In this document: piece by piece, positions 36,068 through 45,906 of the stretch | How the letters are laid out: each line of letters opens with the position of its first letter | How positions within the stretch are numbered: the stretch's first letter is position 1 | Assembly (NCBI GenBank): GCA_965200875.1 | Contig: OZ241456.1 | Location: 608,001 to 672,000 of the forward strand | Source of the DNA: Bdellovibrionales bacterium | Lineage (GTDB): Bacteria > Bdellovibrionota > Bdellovibrionia > Bdellovibrionales > UBA1609 | Length of the DNA stretch: 64,000 nt | Reading direction: 5' to 3' | Made by a program: the position numbers and the translations under genes | Notes under the pieces: model-generated | The model's database searches: none | What the model was told of the DNA's origin: nothing | What the model saw: only the letters and a program-made list of their open reading frames with translations

Positions 36068-38281
36068 TTACTTTTTCGAACTGGCCTTTTCAGTTTGTCC
36101 TGTGGCTTGTTCAGAGGTTGGTTCAGTAGTTTGTTCTGTTTTTCCGTTTTGTTCATCCTGTTTGTTTTGTTCTGCGCCCTGTTTGTTTTGTTCAGCGACT
36201 GGTTTAGTGTTTTGTTCGGTCTGTTCAGAGGTTTGTTCATTAGTTTGTTCTGTTTTTCCATTTTGTTCATCTTGTTTGTTTTGTTCTGCGCCCTGTTTGG
36301 TTTGTTGTTCAGCGACTGGTTTAGTGTTTTGTTCGGTCTGTTCAGAGGTTTGTTGTTCAGTGACTGGTTCTGTTTTTCCGTTTTGTTCATCTTGTTTGTT
36401 TTGTTCAGCTGGCTTCACTCCCAAAGAAGCTTTCAGTGCACGTCCAAAAAAACTTTCTGTTTTTTTCTTTTTTGTTGAATCCACTTTTGCAGAGGGATCG
36501 GATTCTTCCTTTTTCGCTGTGGATCCATCAGAGGTGGAGTCCGATTGTTCTCCTCTTAATTGCACTTGTTTAACACTTAATCCAATTTTTCTGGCTTCCA
36601 AATCTATATTCAGGACTTCCACTTTTAAAATCCCTCCCAATTTTACCACTTGTTCTGGGTTATCCAAACGCTTTGTGCTTAATTCACTGATATGAATCAA
36701 ACCCTCCACTCCAGGTTCTAATTCCACAAAAACACCAAAATCCATAAGCTTTTTTACTTTTACTTCATGACGAGAACCAGGAGGATATTTAGACTCCACC
36801 TTTGTCCACGGATCACCTTGTAAATGTTTAACGCTCAAACTGAATTTTTCTTCATCAATATTTATATCTTTCACTATAGCTTCCACAATGTCTCCCTCTT
36901 TATAAATGGCTTTTGGGAAAACACGCTCTGTCCATGATAAATCAGAGGCATGGATAAACCCATCCACTTCTGACCCTTCTTCCAATTCCACAAATAATCC
37001 TGAATCAATAAGGGACTTCACTGTTACTTTTACTCGCATTCCTGATGAATATTTTTCTTTTAAACCCAGCCAAGGGTTTTTTTGCAGTTGTTTTATTCCT
37101 AAACTGATTCGATGGTTTTTTTGATCCACACCCAAAACTTTTACATTCACTTCCTCAGCCACTTTAAGTAATTGGGAAGGGCGTTTGATTTTCTTTCCCC
37201 AGCTCATTTCACTCACATGGACCAAACCTTCCACACCTTCTTTAAGTCTCATAAAAGCTCCGTATTCGGTCAAACTCACTACATGAGCTGTTAACACATC
37301 TCCAATTTTAATATCTCTACTGACAACTGCCCAAGGATCTTCTTTTAATTGCTTTAAGCCCAAACTTACTCTGTTTTTCTCTTGATCAAACTTTAACACC
37401 TTTACATTTACTTCCTCACCAATGGACACCAGTTCTGAAGGGTGTTTTATGCGATTCCAACTCATGTCCGTAATATGCAGTAATCCGTCTAAGCCACCTA
37501 AATCCAAAAAGACCCCATAGTCTGTGATATTCTTCACTATTCCTTTGATAACAGCTCCTTCTTTGATTTCAGATAAGATACGGGAGCGTAAATGTTTCCT
37601 CTCTTGACTGAGTAATACTCTGCGGGATAATACAATGTTTCCACGCTTTTGGTTAAATTTAATAACCTTAAATTGAAACTTTTTGCCAATATAATCGTCT
37701 AAATCCTTAACCGGACGAAGATCAATTTGTGAACCCGGTAAAAAAGCTTTTACACCTATATCCACACTTAATCCCCCTTTTACTTTGGCAATAACAGTCC
37801 CATCAATAACCTCTTCATTTTCAACCACTTTGGAAATATCCTTCCATATTCGAATAATATCTGCCCGATCTTTGGAAAGCACCATCATACCGTCTTCATT
37901 TTCCATACGATCAATATACACATCCACTTCTTGGCCAACTTCAATATTGCCCTGCCCTGCCACCAGACGAAACTCAGATTTGGGAATAAACCCCTCGCTT
38001 TTATAATTGATATCCACTAAAACACGATCATCCTCTACAGATAAGACATGTCCCTTAACGACATCACCCACTTTAAAATGTGATTGTTTTAAAGATTCTT
38101 CGTACAATTTGCTGAAAGATTCAGTATTCTGATTATCCTGTATTTCTGATACAGATATATCCAAATTATCTTTATCCGCTAATTCCAAAAGATACAGAGC
38201 TTTTTCTCTCTGAGTTTGTGATTTTGTTTTATTTATATCTTTATCTTTATTCATAATCTGAGTAATAACCTTTCTAGCCAT
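36068..38281 (-). CDS. rpsA: 30S ribosomal protein S1 with repetitive C-terminal tail
   Basis: Six S1 domains (e.g. DGLLHITDMSW, EGLVHVSEMSW, EGLIHISELS); cmk-rpsA-sppA order. Confidence 0.96.
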   Translation of the reverse strand: MARKVITQIMNKDKDINKTKSQTQREKALYLLELADKDNLDISVSEIQDNQNTESFSKLYEESLKQSHFKVGDVVKGHVLSVEDDRVLVDINYKSEGFIPKSEFRLVAGQGNIEVGQEVDVYIDRMENEDGMMVLSKDRADIIRIWKDISKVVENEEVIDGTVIAKVKGGLSVDIGVKAFLPGSQIDLRPVKDLDDYIGKKFQFKVIKFNQKRGNIVLSRRVLLSQERKHLRSRILSEIKEGAVIKGIVKNITDYGVFLDLGGLDGLLHITDMSWNRIKHPSELVSIGEEVNVKVLKFDQEKNRVSLGLKQLKEDPWAVVSRDIKIGDVLTAHVVSLTEYGAFMRLKEGVEGLVHVSEMSWGKKIKRPSQLLKVAEEVNVKVLGVDQKNHRISLGIKQLQKNPWLGLKEKYSSGMRVKVTVKSLIDSGLFVELEEGSEVDGFIHASDLSWTERVFPKAIYKEGDIVEAIVKDINIDEEKFSLSVKHLQGDPWTKVESKYPPGSRHEVKVKKLMDFGVFVELEPGVEGLIHISELSTKRLDNPEQVVKLGGILKVEVLNIDLEARKIGLSVKQVQLRGEQSDSTSDGSTAKKEESDPSAKVDSTKKKKTESFFGRALKASLGVKPAEQNKQDEQNGKTEPVTEQQTSEQTEQNTKPVAEQQTKQGAEQNKQDEQNGKTEQTNEQTSEQTEQNTKPVAEQNKQGAEQNKQDEQNGKTEQTTEPTSEQATGQTEKASSKK
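36110..36410 (-). repeat. About 2.5 tandem units of 38-40 codons in the rpsA 3' end
   Basis: AEQNKQDEQNGKTE three times; TSEQTEQNTKPVAEQ twice. Confidence 0.9.
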
Positions 38282-38522
38282 ATTTCCACTTCAATTTAAA
38301 GTGCTCATAGTTTGTTTTTTGTCATACTTACTAAGGAATAGCTGTTTTAACAATACTTTCTTTTGATAATTTTCATTCTTTTGAATAACTGGACTTGTCA
38401 GAGCAGTAAAACTTCTGTCAAGTATCTTGTCCTTTATTTTTCTATTTAATTTCTGTCAAAGGAAATTTTACGATATACAAAAAAAAATAAGGATTCAAGG
38501 GATTTTTTTACAAGTCTAGGTA

Positions 38523-38642
38523 ATGGGACTTGAAAAAGGTTTTTTATAAAACTAAAAAGCCAAGTTGTTGGCTTTTCAGCCCCTTGAAAACGGGAATCTT
38601 GCTGGGTTTTAAGGAGATTTGCCATACTTTTTCACGGGCCAC
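38523..38642. mobile_element. MITE-like repeat, hybrid of long and short forms
   Basis: Has both the AAGCCAAGTTGTTGGCTT module and the GGGAATCTTGCTGGG module; ends CATACTTTTTCACGGGCCAC at the cmk stop. Confidence 0.85.
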
Positions 38643-39349
38643 TAATAAAATAGTTTTTTAGGGCTGATTGAAAAAATTTCACTGGATTTTTTATATGCTT
38701 TTTCCACTGTTTCTTTAAAACTACAAGAACCTGTATCAATGATGAATGCACCTTCCGGCTGACGAAGAGGGCTGTTAGTTCTACTAATATCTCGGTCATC
38801 TCTTTGTTTTTGCAAAGCAATCACATCATCCACAGGCAGTGAACCTCTTTGACTGGCGCGTCTTTTGGCGCGAATATCATCCTTTGCCGTCAAATAAATT
38901 TTCAAGCCTGCGAAAGGAAATACCACAGTTCCACAGTCTCTTCCCTCCGCCACCAAGCCTCGCGGATTTTTTTGAAAGCAATCCCGCTGATGAGGTAAAA
39001 GTTCCTTTCTGACCAACGGGTATCCCGCCAATTTGGAAGCCAGAGAATCCACATCCTCTGTATATACTTCAGATGTTATATCCTTTTCCTTATAAATAAA
39101 ACGGGTTTGTTTTTCGTCAAGATGAACATCCCAGTCCTCTTTCTCAATCAGGTTGGCTATTTCCCGCTCTTCTGTAATTTTTCTGAAAAGTGCCAGATAG
39201 GCTATCCCGCGATAAAATATCCCAGTGGAAAGCCATTTCCATGCCAATTTTTCAGATAGACAGCGACTGAGCGAACTCTTCCCGGAAGCGGCTGGCCCAT
39301 CTATCGTAATTAATTTATTGTTCTCAGGCAAAATAGATTCTTTTTCCAT
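38642..39349 (-). CDS. cmk: Cytidylate kinase
   Basis: IDGPAASGKS, STG.FYR, EGRDCGTVVFP, QRDDRD. Confidence 0.94.
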   Translation of the reverse strand: MEKESILPENNKLITIDGPAASGKSSLSRCLSEKLAWKWLSTGIFYRGIAYLALFRKITEEREIANLIEKEDWDVHLDEKQTRFIYKEKDITSEVYTEDVDSLASKLAGYPLVRKELLPHQRDCFQKNPRGLVAEGRDCGTVVFPFAGLKIYLTAKDDIRAKRRASQRGSLPVDDVIALQKQRDDRDISRTNSPLRQPEGAFIIDTGSCSFKETVEKAYKKSSEIFSISPKKLFY

Positions 39350-39430
39350 ATCTGTTGTAAAGTTGAATGTATATATATATGGCAAAGATTATCTGATAAA
39401 ATAGATTCTTTTTCCATATCTGTTGTAAAG
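39330..39430. repeat. Perfect 33-bp direct repeat covering the cmk start
   Basis: AAAATAGATTCTTTTTCCATATCTGTTGTAAAG at 39330-39362 and 39398-39430. Confidence 0.9.
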
Positions 39431-39823
39431 AGGAAAAATGCCTTAAAATCTGGTTATTTTCAAGTATTAAATTTGGTAAAATCTAGGAGATAAAGTGAAA
39501 AAAAGATTTTATTATAAAACCTTGCAATTATTTCCCCCTGAAAAATATAAAAAAATCAAATAATAGCAAATTGAGGAGGGGGCAATGTCTATCGCCGGGT
39601 TGTGTGACCATTTTTTTTGGGATTTCGGCTTTTTTTTCGCTCTAAGCACTTGAAATAACAAAGCTTTTCGCCACTGGAAAGCCAGTTTTTCTTATCAAAA
39701 AAAGAGGGTGACCAATATTTCTTAAAACGAAAAAGCCCGTCTGAGATATACAGGTTGTTCGCAACAAAAAAAGAGGTAACATATAGGGAAACTCAGTAGA
39801 AAACCAATCCCTCCTGCTCCTGA

Positions 39824-40468
39824 CTAAAAGGGTACAAAATCGGTGGAATCAAATTCAACAACAACAAACCCACTTATACCTTGTGAGGTTAAATAAGTTG
39901 CTATGATAGGATCAACTTTCGCATCGGTCATATTCACCTTGGTCAAATCAGCATAGGTCAAATTTGCCCCTCTCAAATCCGCTTTAACAAAATCAGCCAT
40001 ACTTAAATTTGCCATGCCTAAATTTGCTCCTCGTAAATCCGTATCACGAAAATTCGCCTCTCGCAAATACGCCTTATACAAATTCGCATTGTACAAATTT
40101 GCCCCTCTCAAATTCGCCTTCTCTAAATCAGCCATATATAAATTCGCCCATTTCAACTTCGCGCCTCTCAGATCCGCCCCGGTAAAATTCGCCTGAAACA
40201 AATCCGCAACGATAAAACTTGCCTCTCTCAGATCCGCCCCGGTAAAATTCGCCGCTCGCAAATACGCATGAAACAAATCCGCCCCTCGTAAATTCGCCTG
40301 AAGCAAATCCTCCCAGGTTAAATTCGCCATTCTCAAATGACAATTATGCACTCCAGGCGTATAGATATAGTCTTTATAATTATCAATATTACAGGTAGTC
40401 TCAGCCTCATTCTGGCCATAGCTCAAAGCACCAAAGCTTAAAAGTAGTAAAGTAATTATCAATCTCAC
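39824..40468 (-). CDS. Secreted pentapeptide repeat protein
   Basis: Signal peptide then many A(N/D)(L/F)xx units; AGGAGG SD. Confidence 0.92.
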   Translation of the reverse strand: MRLIITLLLLSFGALSYGQNEAETTCNIDNYKDYIYTPGVHNCHLRMANLTWEDLLQANLRGADLFHAYLRAANFTGADLREASFIVADLFQANFTGADLRGAKLKWANLYMADLEKANLRGANLYNANLYKAYLREANFRDTDLRGANLGMANLSMADFVKADLRGANLTYADLTKVNMTDAKVDPIIATYLTSQGISGFVVVEFDSTDFVPF

Positions 40469-40630
40469 TAAATACCTCCTTAATTAAAAAATTTATAGTA
40501 ACGAGTTTTATACGAAATACTAAAAAAATCCAAGTTTAAAATTAAAAATGTAATTTTTACACAACTAATTTTTTTATCCTGAGTTCGCACTTTGAGAGGG
40601 TTTAAAATATGTAAGTGATTAAAATAATTA

Positions 40631-40764
40631 TTCTCCCGTGAAAAACCCTTAGTGTTTCAATTATCACACCCTTTTTTCATATAACTTCCCAAGGAAACTG
40701 AAAGCCAAGTTGTTGGCTTGCAGGCGGGAATCAAGTCAAAATAACATACTTTTTTACAGGCTAC
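40631..40764. mobile_element. MITE-like repeat, long form, reverse orientation
   Basis: TAATTA-TTCTCCCGTGAAAAACC...AACATACTTTTTTACAGGCTAC-TAATCT. Confidence 0.88.
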
Positions 40765-40804
40765 TAATCTACTTTTACAGAGTATTAGAATATTAAAAAA
40801 AAAT

Positions 40805-40832
40805 TAAAGTTTTTTACGATAAAGGCCGATTA
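40805..40832 (+). promoter_or_regulatory. Sigma28 (FliA)-like promoter
   Basis: TAAAGTTT-N12-GCCGATTA versus consensus TAAAGTTT-N11-GCCGATAA. Confidence 0.6.
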
Positions 40833-40868
40833 ACTTTAAAGATCATAAATTTTAATAAGGAAGTAAAT

Positions 40869-41726
40869 GTGAAAGAAATCCAAAGAAAAACCCTCTCTAC
40901 CCCCCCCCCTCATGCACTGCGTTATAGGCTGATCCAGATATTCTCAGGTTTTAAGCAGTTTTTGGCTTTTGCAAAAATAGCAGGATTATTCAAATATCTT
41001 ACGCGATTACTCAGATTAAATCAGATTTTCTTCCCTGCTGAATCCGTATCGCAATCTGCATTGCATGTTGCAGGCGTCCACTTTGTTTTCAGGCCCACTA
41101 TGAACAGAACAGCAGGCTATACGCTTGTTGAGATTCTGCTAACAATAGGCATTCTTTCTATAATAAGCGGTATCGCTTATGTTTCCTATCAAGACCAAAC
41201 ACTCAGAACCAATAAAAATGACCTTAAGCTCCACGCTGAGCTTTTTGCCAGTGCTGTAAAAAACTGTATTACTATAAGTGGAGGTTGGAAAATTACACTA
41301 TTGGATTCTAATACTGGGATACCTGATCAAGCAAATACAGCCACCCCTTGTAAAGCGGAAGGCACACCACAAAAACCTCTAAAAGATGATTTAAAAGAAA
41401 AGCTTAATTTTACCTGCCCAGCAGGTGCCGAATGCCAGACACATACAGAAGATGCCAACGAGTCTACTTGTTTATCTATTACGAAAAAAGTTTCAGGAAA
41501 GTACCTTCAGGTGTTATCCCGTGTCTCTTATTCTAATAAGTACCCCTCTCAAATATGGTGCGGAACAATGACCTCAGAAAGTGCTTATTTAACCTTAAAT
41601 AGATTAACTTGTAAAAAAAGCCCAGGTTGGGCAGATCAAAATAAACCTCTAAACTCCCAAGGAAAAAGGCCAAGAACCACACTTAAGGATAAAGGTTTTA
41701 AACAAGATAATGATTGTTGGAAATAA
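40869..41726 (+). CDS. Type IV pilin-like protein (alternative start 41100)
   Basis: AG|YTLVEILLTIGILSII class III signal; TAAGGAAG SD before GTG 40869. Confidence 0.85.
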   Translation: MKEIQRKTLSTPPPHALRYRLIQIFSGFKQFLAFAKIAGLFKYLTRLLRLNQIFFPAESVSQSALHVAGVHFVFRPTMNRTAGYTLVEILLTIGILSIISGIAYVSYQDQTLRTNKNDLKLHAELFASAVKNCITISGGWKITLLDSNTGIPDQANTATPCKAEGTPQKPLKDDLKEKLNFTCPAGAECQTHTEDANESTCLSITKKVSGKYLQVLSRVSYSNKYPSQIWCGTMTSESAYLTLNRLTCKKSPGWADQNKPLNSQGKRPRTTLKDKGFKQDNDCWK

Positions 41727-41728
41727 CC

Positions 41729-42730
41729 ATGAAAATAAACAATAAAGGAACAAGCCTTGTCGAGCTTTTAGTTATGATCACGATTGCTGGTATTGCTGTT
41801 TCTGGTCTTTTAAAAACCTCACAACAAGCCCTTAAGACTACTCAAATAATAGAAGAGTCAAAGAAACCAAAAATGGAATTAAAAGAAAGTGTCTATAAAA
41901 TCTTAAGTAATAATTGTCCAGGTACGGTCGCCTTCACAAACCTTTCCTCTATTAGTGACGACAGTTCGAGGGTTAAAATACTACAATACAAAACTGGTAA
42001 GGAGCTTTTTAAATTTGATCCAGATAGTAATAAAAACAAAACAAAGTTTGGAAAATATATCGAGGTTGTGGATATGAGACTAACAGATACACAGACATTT
42101 TATTTATATTATAAATATACTGATAAGGCTCAAACTTTGGGAGATCAAAAAACAAGGAATAACAAGGAATGTACAAAAACAAATTTAATAGGATGTTACC
42201 ACCTTTCCTGTGAAATGGATATACATTACAATAATAACTGTACAGATGATATAACTACTTGTCAATTAGAAAGTTGTAAGACTATAAATTGTGGTATTAC
42301 GGATGACATACGAAATAAACCATGCCCAACAGGTAAAGTCTTAGTGTCCTTTACAGGTGATGACGATGTTGATTGCGTTGGTTGTCCTGAGAATCAAGTT
42401 TTAATGGGAATAAAAACAAAAACAGATGGATCAAAAATACCTGAATGTTTACAAACCAAAAAATGCAGTACAGGTTATTTTGCAGTTGGTACAAAGATAA
42501 AAGCGACAAAAAGTAATGTTATAGAATATGAATTTGATTGTCAAGAAATCGCATGTGGGGAAGGAAATCATAGAGTATTAAAGAATGGCAATATGGAATG
42601 TATAAAAATCTGTCATGGTGGTCAAATACCAAAAGAAGATCCTAACGATTCTGATAAAGAAATATGTGATTGCCCTGCCGGTAAAAGCCAGGATGAACAA
42701 GGTAATTGTGTAGATAATCCCACACCATGA
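41729..42730 (+). CDS. Cys-rich minor pilin-like protein
   Basis: KG|TSLVELLVMITIAG; many Cys in the C-terminal half. Confidence 0.82.
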   Translation: MKINNKGTSLVELLVMITIAGIAVSGLLKTSQQALKTTQIIEESKKPKMELKESVYKILSNNCPGTVAFTNLSSISDDSSRVKILQYKTGKELFKFDPDSNKNKTKFGKYIEVVDMRLTDTQTFYLYYKYTDKAQTLGDQKTRNNKECTKTNLIGCYHLSCEMDIHYNNNCTDDITTCQLESCKTINCGITDDIRNKPCPTGKVLVSFTGDDDVDCVGCPENQVLMGIKTKTDGSKIPECLQTKKCSTGYFAVGTKIKATKSNVIEYEFDCQEIACGEGNHRVLKNGNMECIKICHGGQIPKEDPNDSDKEICDCPAGKSQDEQGNCVDNPTP

Positions 42731-42761
42731 AGCAATCCACCTTTTACTTTTAAAGGTAAGT

Positions 42762-44948
42762 ATGAAAAATAATTCTGGATTTTATTTTATAGGTACACTA
42801 ACTTTTGCCCTTGGTAGTCTTACAATTATCATAGGTTCTTTAAAATTAAATTCAGTCGCACTGAATACAATAGATGTTCAAAACACAGAATTTTCAGAAG
42901 AGATTTTAAAAGAAACAGTTAAAAGGATTCTATCAAAAGATAAAAATGTTTGCACATACTATTTAACAGAAACCACCGGGCCGGAAGGTATTACAAACCT
43001 AAAAATTAAGCTGGAGGACACAAACAGCCCGCCAATTCTGTCGACTGGAGCTTTTAAGAATGAGGATTTTATAAATGTTGTGAATATGGATATCAAAGAT
43101 AAAATATCTCCTGACCCAGAAAACCAAAACATAGTGGAAAGAAAGAAAATATTTTATTTACGATACAGTAAACCTGCTTTGGAAGATAAAGAGACAATAG
43201 GAGAAGAGGAATGTAAAAATGAACCAGGTAATAAAGACTTAAGCGGATGTTATTATCTTTCCTGTGAAATAACCTATACATGCAAGACTGCTGATGACTG
43301 TGATAATGACAAAAACAATGTAGAAAATTGCTATGTTGATAAGTGTAGTATTTTAGGCAAAGAGGATAATCAAACAAGTCAACAAGATTGTGCTCCTGAT
43401 CAAGTCCGTACAGGCACAAAGTCTACTGATTGTGTTCCTCTCCCTTCCATAATTTTTCAACCTGATAATATTCAAAAAACAAATACAGAAAATAACAACC
43501 TTATGGGGGTTGTCGGACTTTCAATAATTCAAGATGAAAACACTGTGCAAATAGACACTGTACAATTAGCCACAGAGTGCCCTGACGGAAAATATCCTGT
43601 AATGAAACAAAATGGAGAAGTTGAGTGTCAGTTTCTATGTGCCGGAGAAAGCAGATTTAATCGAGAAACAGAACTCTGTGAATGCCCAAACCAATCTGAG
43701 CCATATTACAGAAACGGACGATGTATCCAATGCCCGGAAAACACAACCTGGAATAACAATGAAAGAAGCTGTGACTGCGAAGGTGGAAAAATATGGAATT
43801 TCACCAGTAATCAGTGTGAATGTCCTCCATATAAGCCAAAAAGCATATTATCGGAAGAAAATGGTGTTGAGATTGTTAAATGTGTTAAGACATGCCCTTA
43901 CCAATCAGCTGATGGTGGAAACCAGTGTGTATGTTTCGGGTCTAATCCTCCCCGCAGGGATGATCTTTATTACTGGCGGGCTTATGAGAAAATGGTATCT
44001 GGGGAATTGGTTTTTGGTTGTCACACATGCGCACCAAATCAGCATTACATAGGGTATGGAGGGCCAATTCATGGTTGCTCTGACTGTCCCAGGGGGCAAT
44101 ATCACCATAACGGAGGATGTCACTCTTGCTCCAGTAGTAGGTACTATAACGGGCGATGTAACAGATGTCGCCGTGGTCGACATTACTATAATAGCAGATG
44201 TCACCGATGCCCCCAAGGCCAACATGAGTACGCAGGTGGATGTCACCAATGCCCCCGTGGCCAACATTACTATAACAGCAGATGTAACCGATGCCCCAGT
44301 CACAAACCACATTACTATTCTTGGACCTTAAAATGTCACCGATGCCCCTATGGACAACATTACTATAACAACAGATGTAACAGATGCCCCATAGGCCAAC
44401 AATATGAGTACGAAGGGAGATGTAACCGATGCCCCCAAGGCCAACAGTACTACTATGACAGAATATGTCGCCGATGCCCCCCTAGCCAACATTACTATAA
44501 CAACAGATGTAACAGATGCCCACAGGGCCAACATTACTATTACTTGAGATGTAACAGATGCCCCATAGGCTATTACTACTATTACGGGCGATGTAACAGA
44601 TGCCCCCGTAACCAATATGAGTACAATAACGCGTGTCACTTATGCCCACAGGGCCAACATTGGAATAAATGGCGATGTATCAGATGCCCACAGGGCCACT
44701 ATTGGTATAACAACCAATGTAACCAATGTGCTGAAGGCCTAGTTTTATATAATGGCACTTGTCATAGTTGCCAATACTATAACATGATCCCTTTCCGTGG
44801 AAGGTGTTGTCGAGCAGAATATGTTAGGCAAGGTTCTTGTTGCCCATACAACTTTCCACATGAACGAGGACTTCATCAATGTTGCGGTAGACATAAAAGC
44901 GGACTGTTCAAGTTATTTACAAAATGGAAGTGCAAAAAATATGATTAA
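42762..44948 (+). CDS. Large PilX/GspK-like pilin with Cys-rich tandem repeats
   Basis: SG|FYFIG hydrophobic N-terminus lacking Glu5; head similar to the upstream gene (GCY.LSCE); about 16 RCPxGQHYYNxRCN units. Confidence 0.75.
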   Translation: MKNNSGFYFIGTLTFALGSLTIIIGSLKLNSVALNTIDVQNTEFSEEILKETVKRILSKDKNVCTYYLTETTGPEGITNLKIKLEDTNSPPILSTGAFKNEDFINVVNMDIKDKISPDPENQNIVERKKIFYLRYSKPALEDKETIGEEECKNEPGNKDLSGCYYLSCEITYTCKTADDCDNDKNNVENCYVDKCSILGKEDNQTSQQDCAPDQVRTGTKSTDCVPLPSIIFQPDNIQKTNTENNNLMGVVGLSIIQDENTVQIDTVQLATECPDGKYPVMKQNGEVECQFLCAGESRFNRETELCECPNQSEPYYRNGRCIQCPENTTWNNNERSCDCEGGKIWNFTSNQCECPPYKPKSILSEENGVEIVKCVKTCPYQSADGGNQCVCFGSNPPRRDDLYYWRAYEKMVSGELVFGCHTCAPNQHYIGYGGPIHGCSDCPRGQYHHNGGCHSCSSSRYYNGRCNRCRRGRHYYNSRCHRCPQGQHEYAGGCHQCPRGQHYYNSRCNRCPSHKPHYYSWTLKCHRCPYGQHYYNNRCNRCPIGQQYEYEGRCNRCPQGQQYYYDRICRRCPPSQHYYNNRCNRCPQGQHYYYLRCNRCPIGYYYYYGRCNRCPRNQYEYNNACHLCPQGQHWNKWRCIRCPQGHYWYNNQCNQCAEGLVLYNGTCHSCQYYNMIPFRGRCCRAEYVRQGSCCPYNFPHERGLHQCCGRHKSGLFKLFTKWKCKKYD
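44082..44770 (+). repeat. Degenerate 42-bp (14-codon) tandem repeat
   Basis: Unit close to CGATGCCCCCAAGGCCAACATTACTATAACAACAGATGTAAC. Confidence 0.9.
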
Positions 44949-45028
44949 CATAGCCATTACAAAGATAATTCACTTTTGAAGATAAAGCATTAAGACAATG
45001 CCAAAGAGAACAAAGACAGTTAAAGCCA

Positions 45029-45068
45029 ATTCCCGCTTTCACCTAATGAGCACTTTTTCGCGGGTGAG
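45029..45068. mobile_element. Degenerate MITE remnant
   Basis: ATTCCCGCTTTCAC core and TTTTTCGCGGGTGAG end followed by TACCTA. Confidence 0.6.
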
Positions 45069-45276
45069 TACCTAGGCCACCATCTTAACACATATCGTTA
45101 TAAATTATCCACCCGATTATTTTGAGAACTTTCAATTTTAGGAAAAAAAGGCTGTTTCAGAGTCGATCTATTCTCCAATGCTAAGAAATATTTGTAAGAA
45201 GAGTAAATTTGGAATAAAAGAAAAACTGTAAGAAGCCAAAAATAGCACAAAGAGCAGTGCATGGAAAAGAGGGAAA

Positions 45277-45906
45277 ATGGCATTTATTGTTTTTGAAGGT
45301 TTGGATCATTCTGGAAAAAGCACCTTGATTAAATCTTTATCCAAGGAGCTACAGAAAAAAGATGTGGATTTTAAATTAACCCGCGAACCCGGTGGCACTT
45401 CTTTAGGGGAGCAAATCAGGGAAGTGGTTTTAAACCCATATAGTGAGTCTATCTCTCCTGAGACGGAGATTTTGCTTATTTCCGCCAGTCGCAGAGATCA
45501 TATTGAAAAAGTTATCGCGCCGGAGTTGTCAGCAGGGAAATGGGTGATTTGTGATCGCTTCTGGCCCAGCACTTCCGCTTTTCAGGGAGCTGGTAGGGGA
45601 CTGCCGGCGGAAAAGGTGGAATGGATTAATAAATTTACTGTCGCTGATGATTTAACTCCAGATCTATGGGTATTATTGGATATGCCCGTGGCGGAAAAAG
45701 AAAGAAGAAGTCATGTTAAAGGGCATTCTGCCGATCGTTTTGAAATACAGGACAGGCATTTTCACCAAAGGGTAAGGGAATACTATCTTAAATTAGCCGA
45801 GATGGATAAGGATCGCTGGATTATTTTAAATGCTCTTCTTTCTCCTGAAGAATTGACTGAATTAACATTATCGGAGTTAAAAAAACGAAAATGGCTCAGT
45901 TCCTGA
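45277..45906 (+). CDS. tmk: Thymidylate kinase
   Basis: FEGLDHSGKST, TREPGGT, CDRF, PDL, DRFE. Confidence 0.95.
   Translation: MAFIVFEGLDHSGKSTLIKSLSKELQKKDVDFKLTREPGGTSLGEQIREVVLNPYSESISPETEILLISASRRDHIEKVIAPELSAGKWVICDRFWPSTSAFQGAGRGLPAEKVEWINKFTVADDLTPDLWVLLDMPVAEKERRSHVKGHSADRFEIQDRHFHQRVREYYLKLAEMDKDRWIILNALLSPEELTELTLSELKKRKWLSS

Noticed and set aside
36052..36695. Overlapping Cys/Phe- or Asn-rich ORFs
   Set aside because: Alternative-frame shadows of the rpsA repeat; the same applies to shadows near 28841-29218, 43905-44639 and 56768
39330..39430. CRISPR mini-array (33-bp repeat, 35-bp spacer)
   Set aside because: Only two copies, the repeat is the cmk start region, it is not palindromic, and no cas genes are present
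39531..39712. Additional MITE copy
   Set aside because: End-like TTTCCCCCTGAAAAA and GAGGGTGAC are present but too degenerate, with no internal modules
44082..44770. Diversity-generating retroelement target
   Set aside because: Differences between units are not adenine-specific; no template repeat or reverse transcriptase in the window
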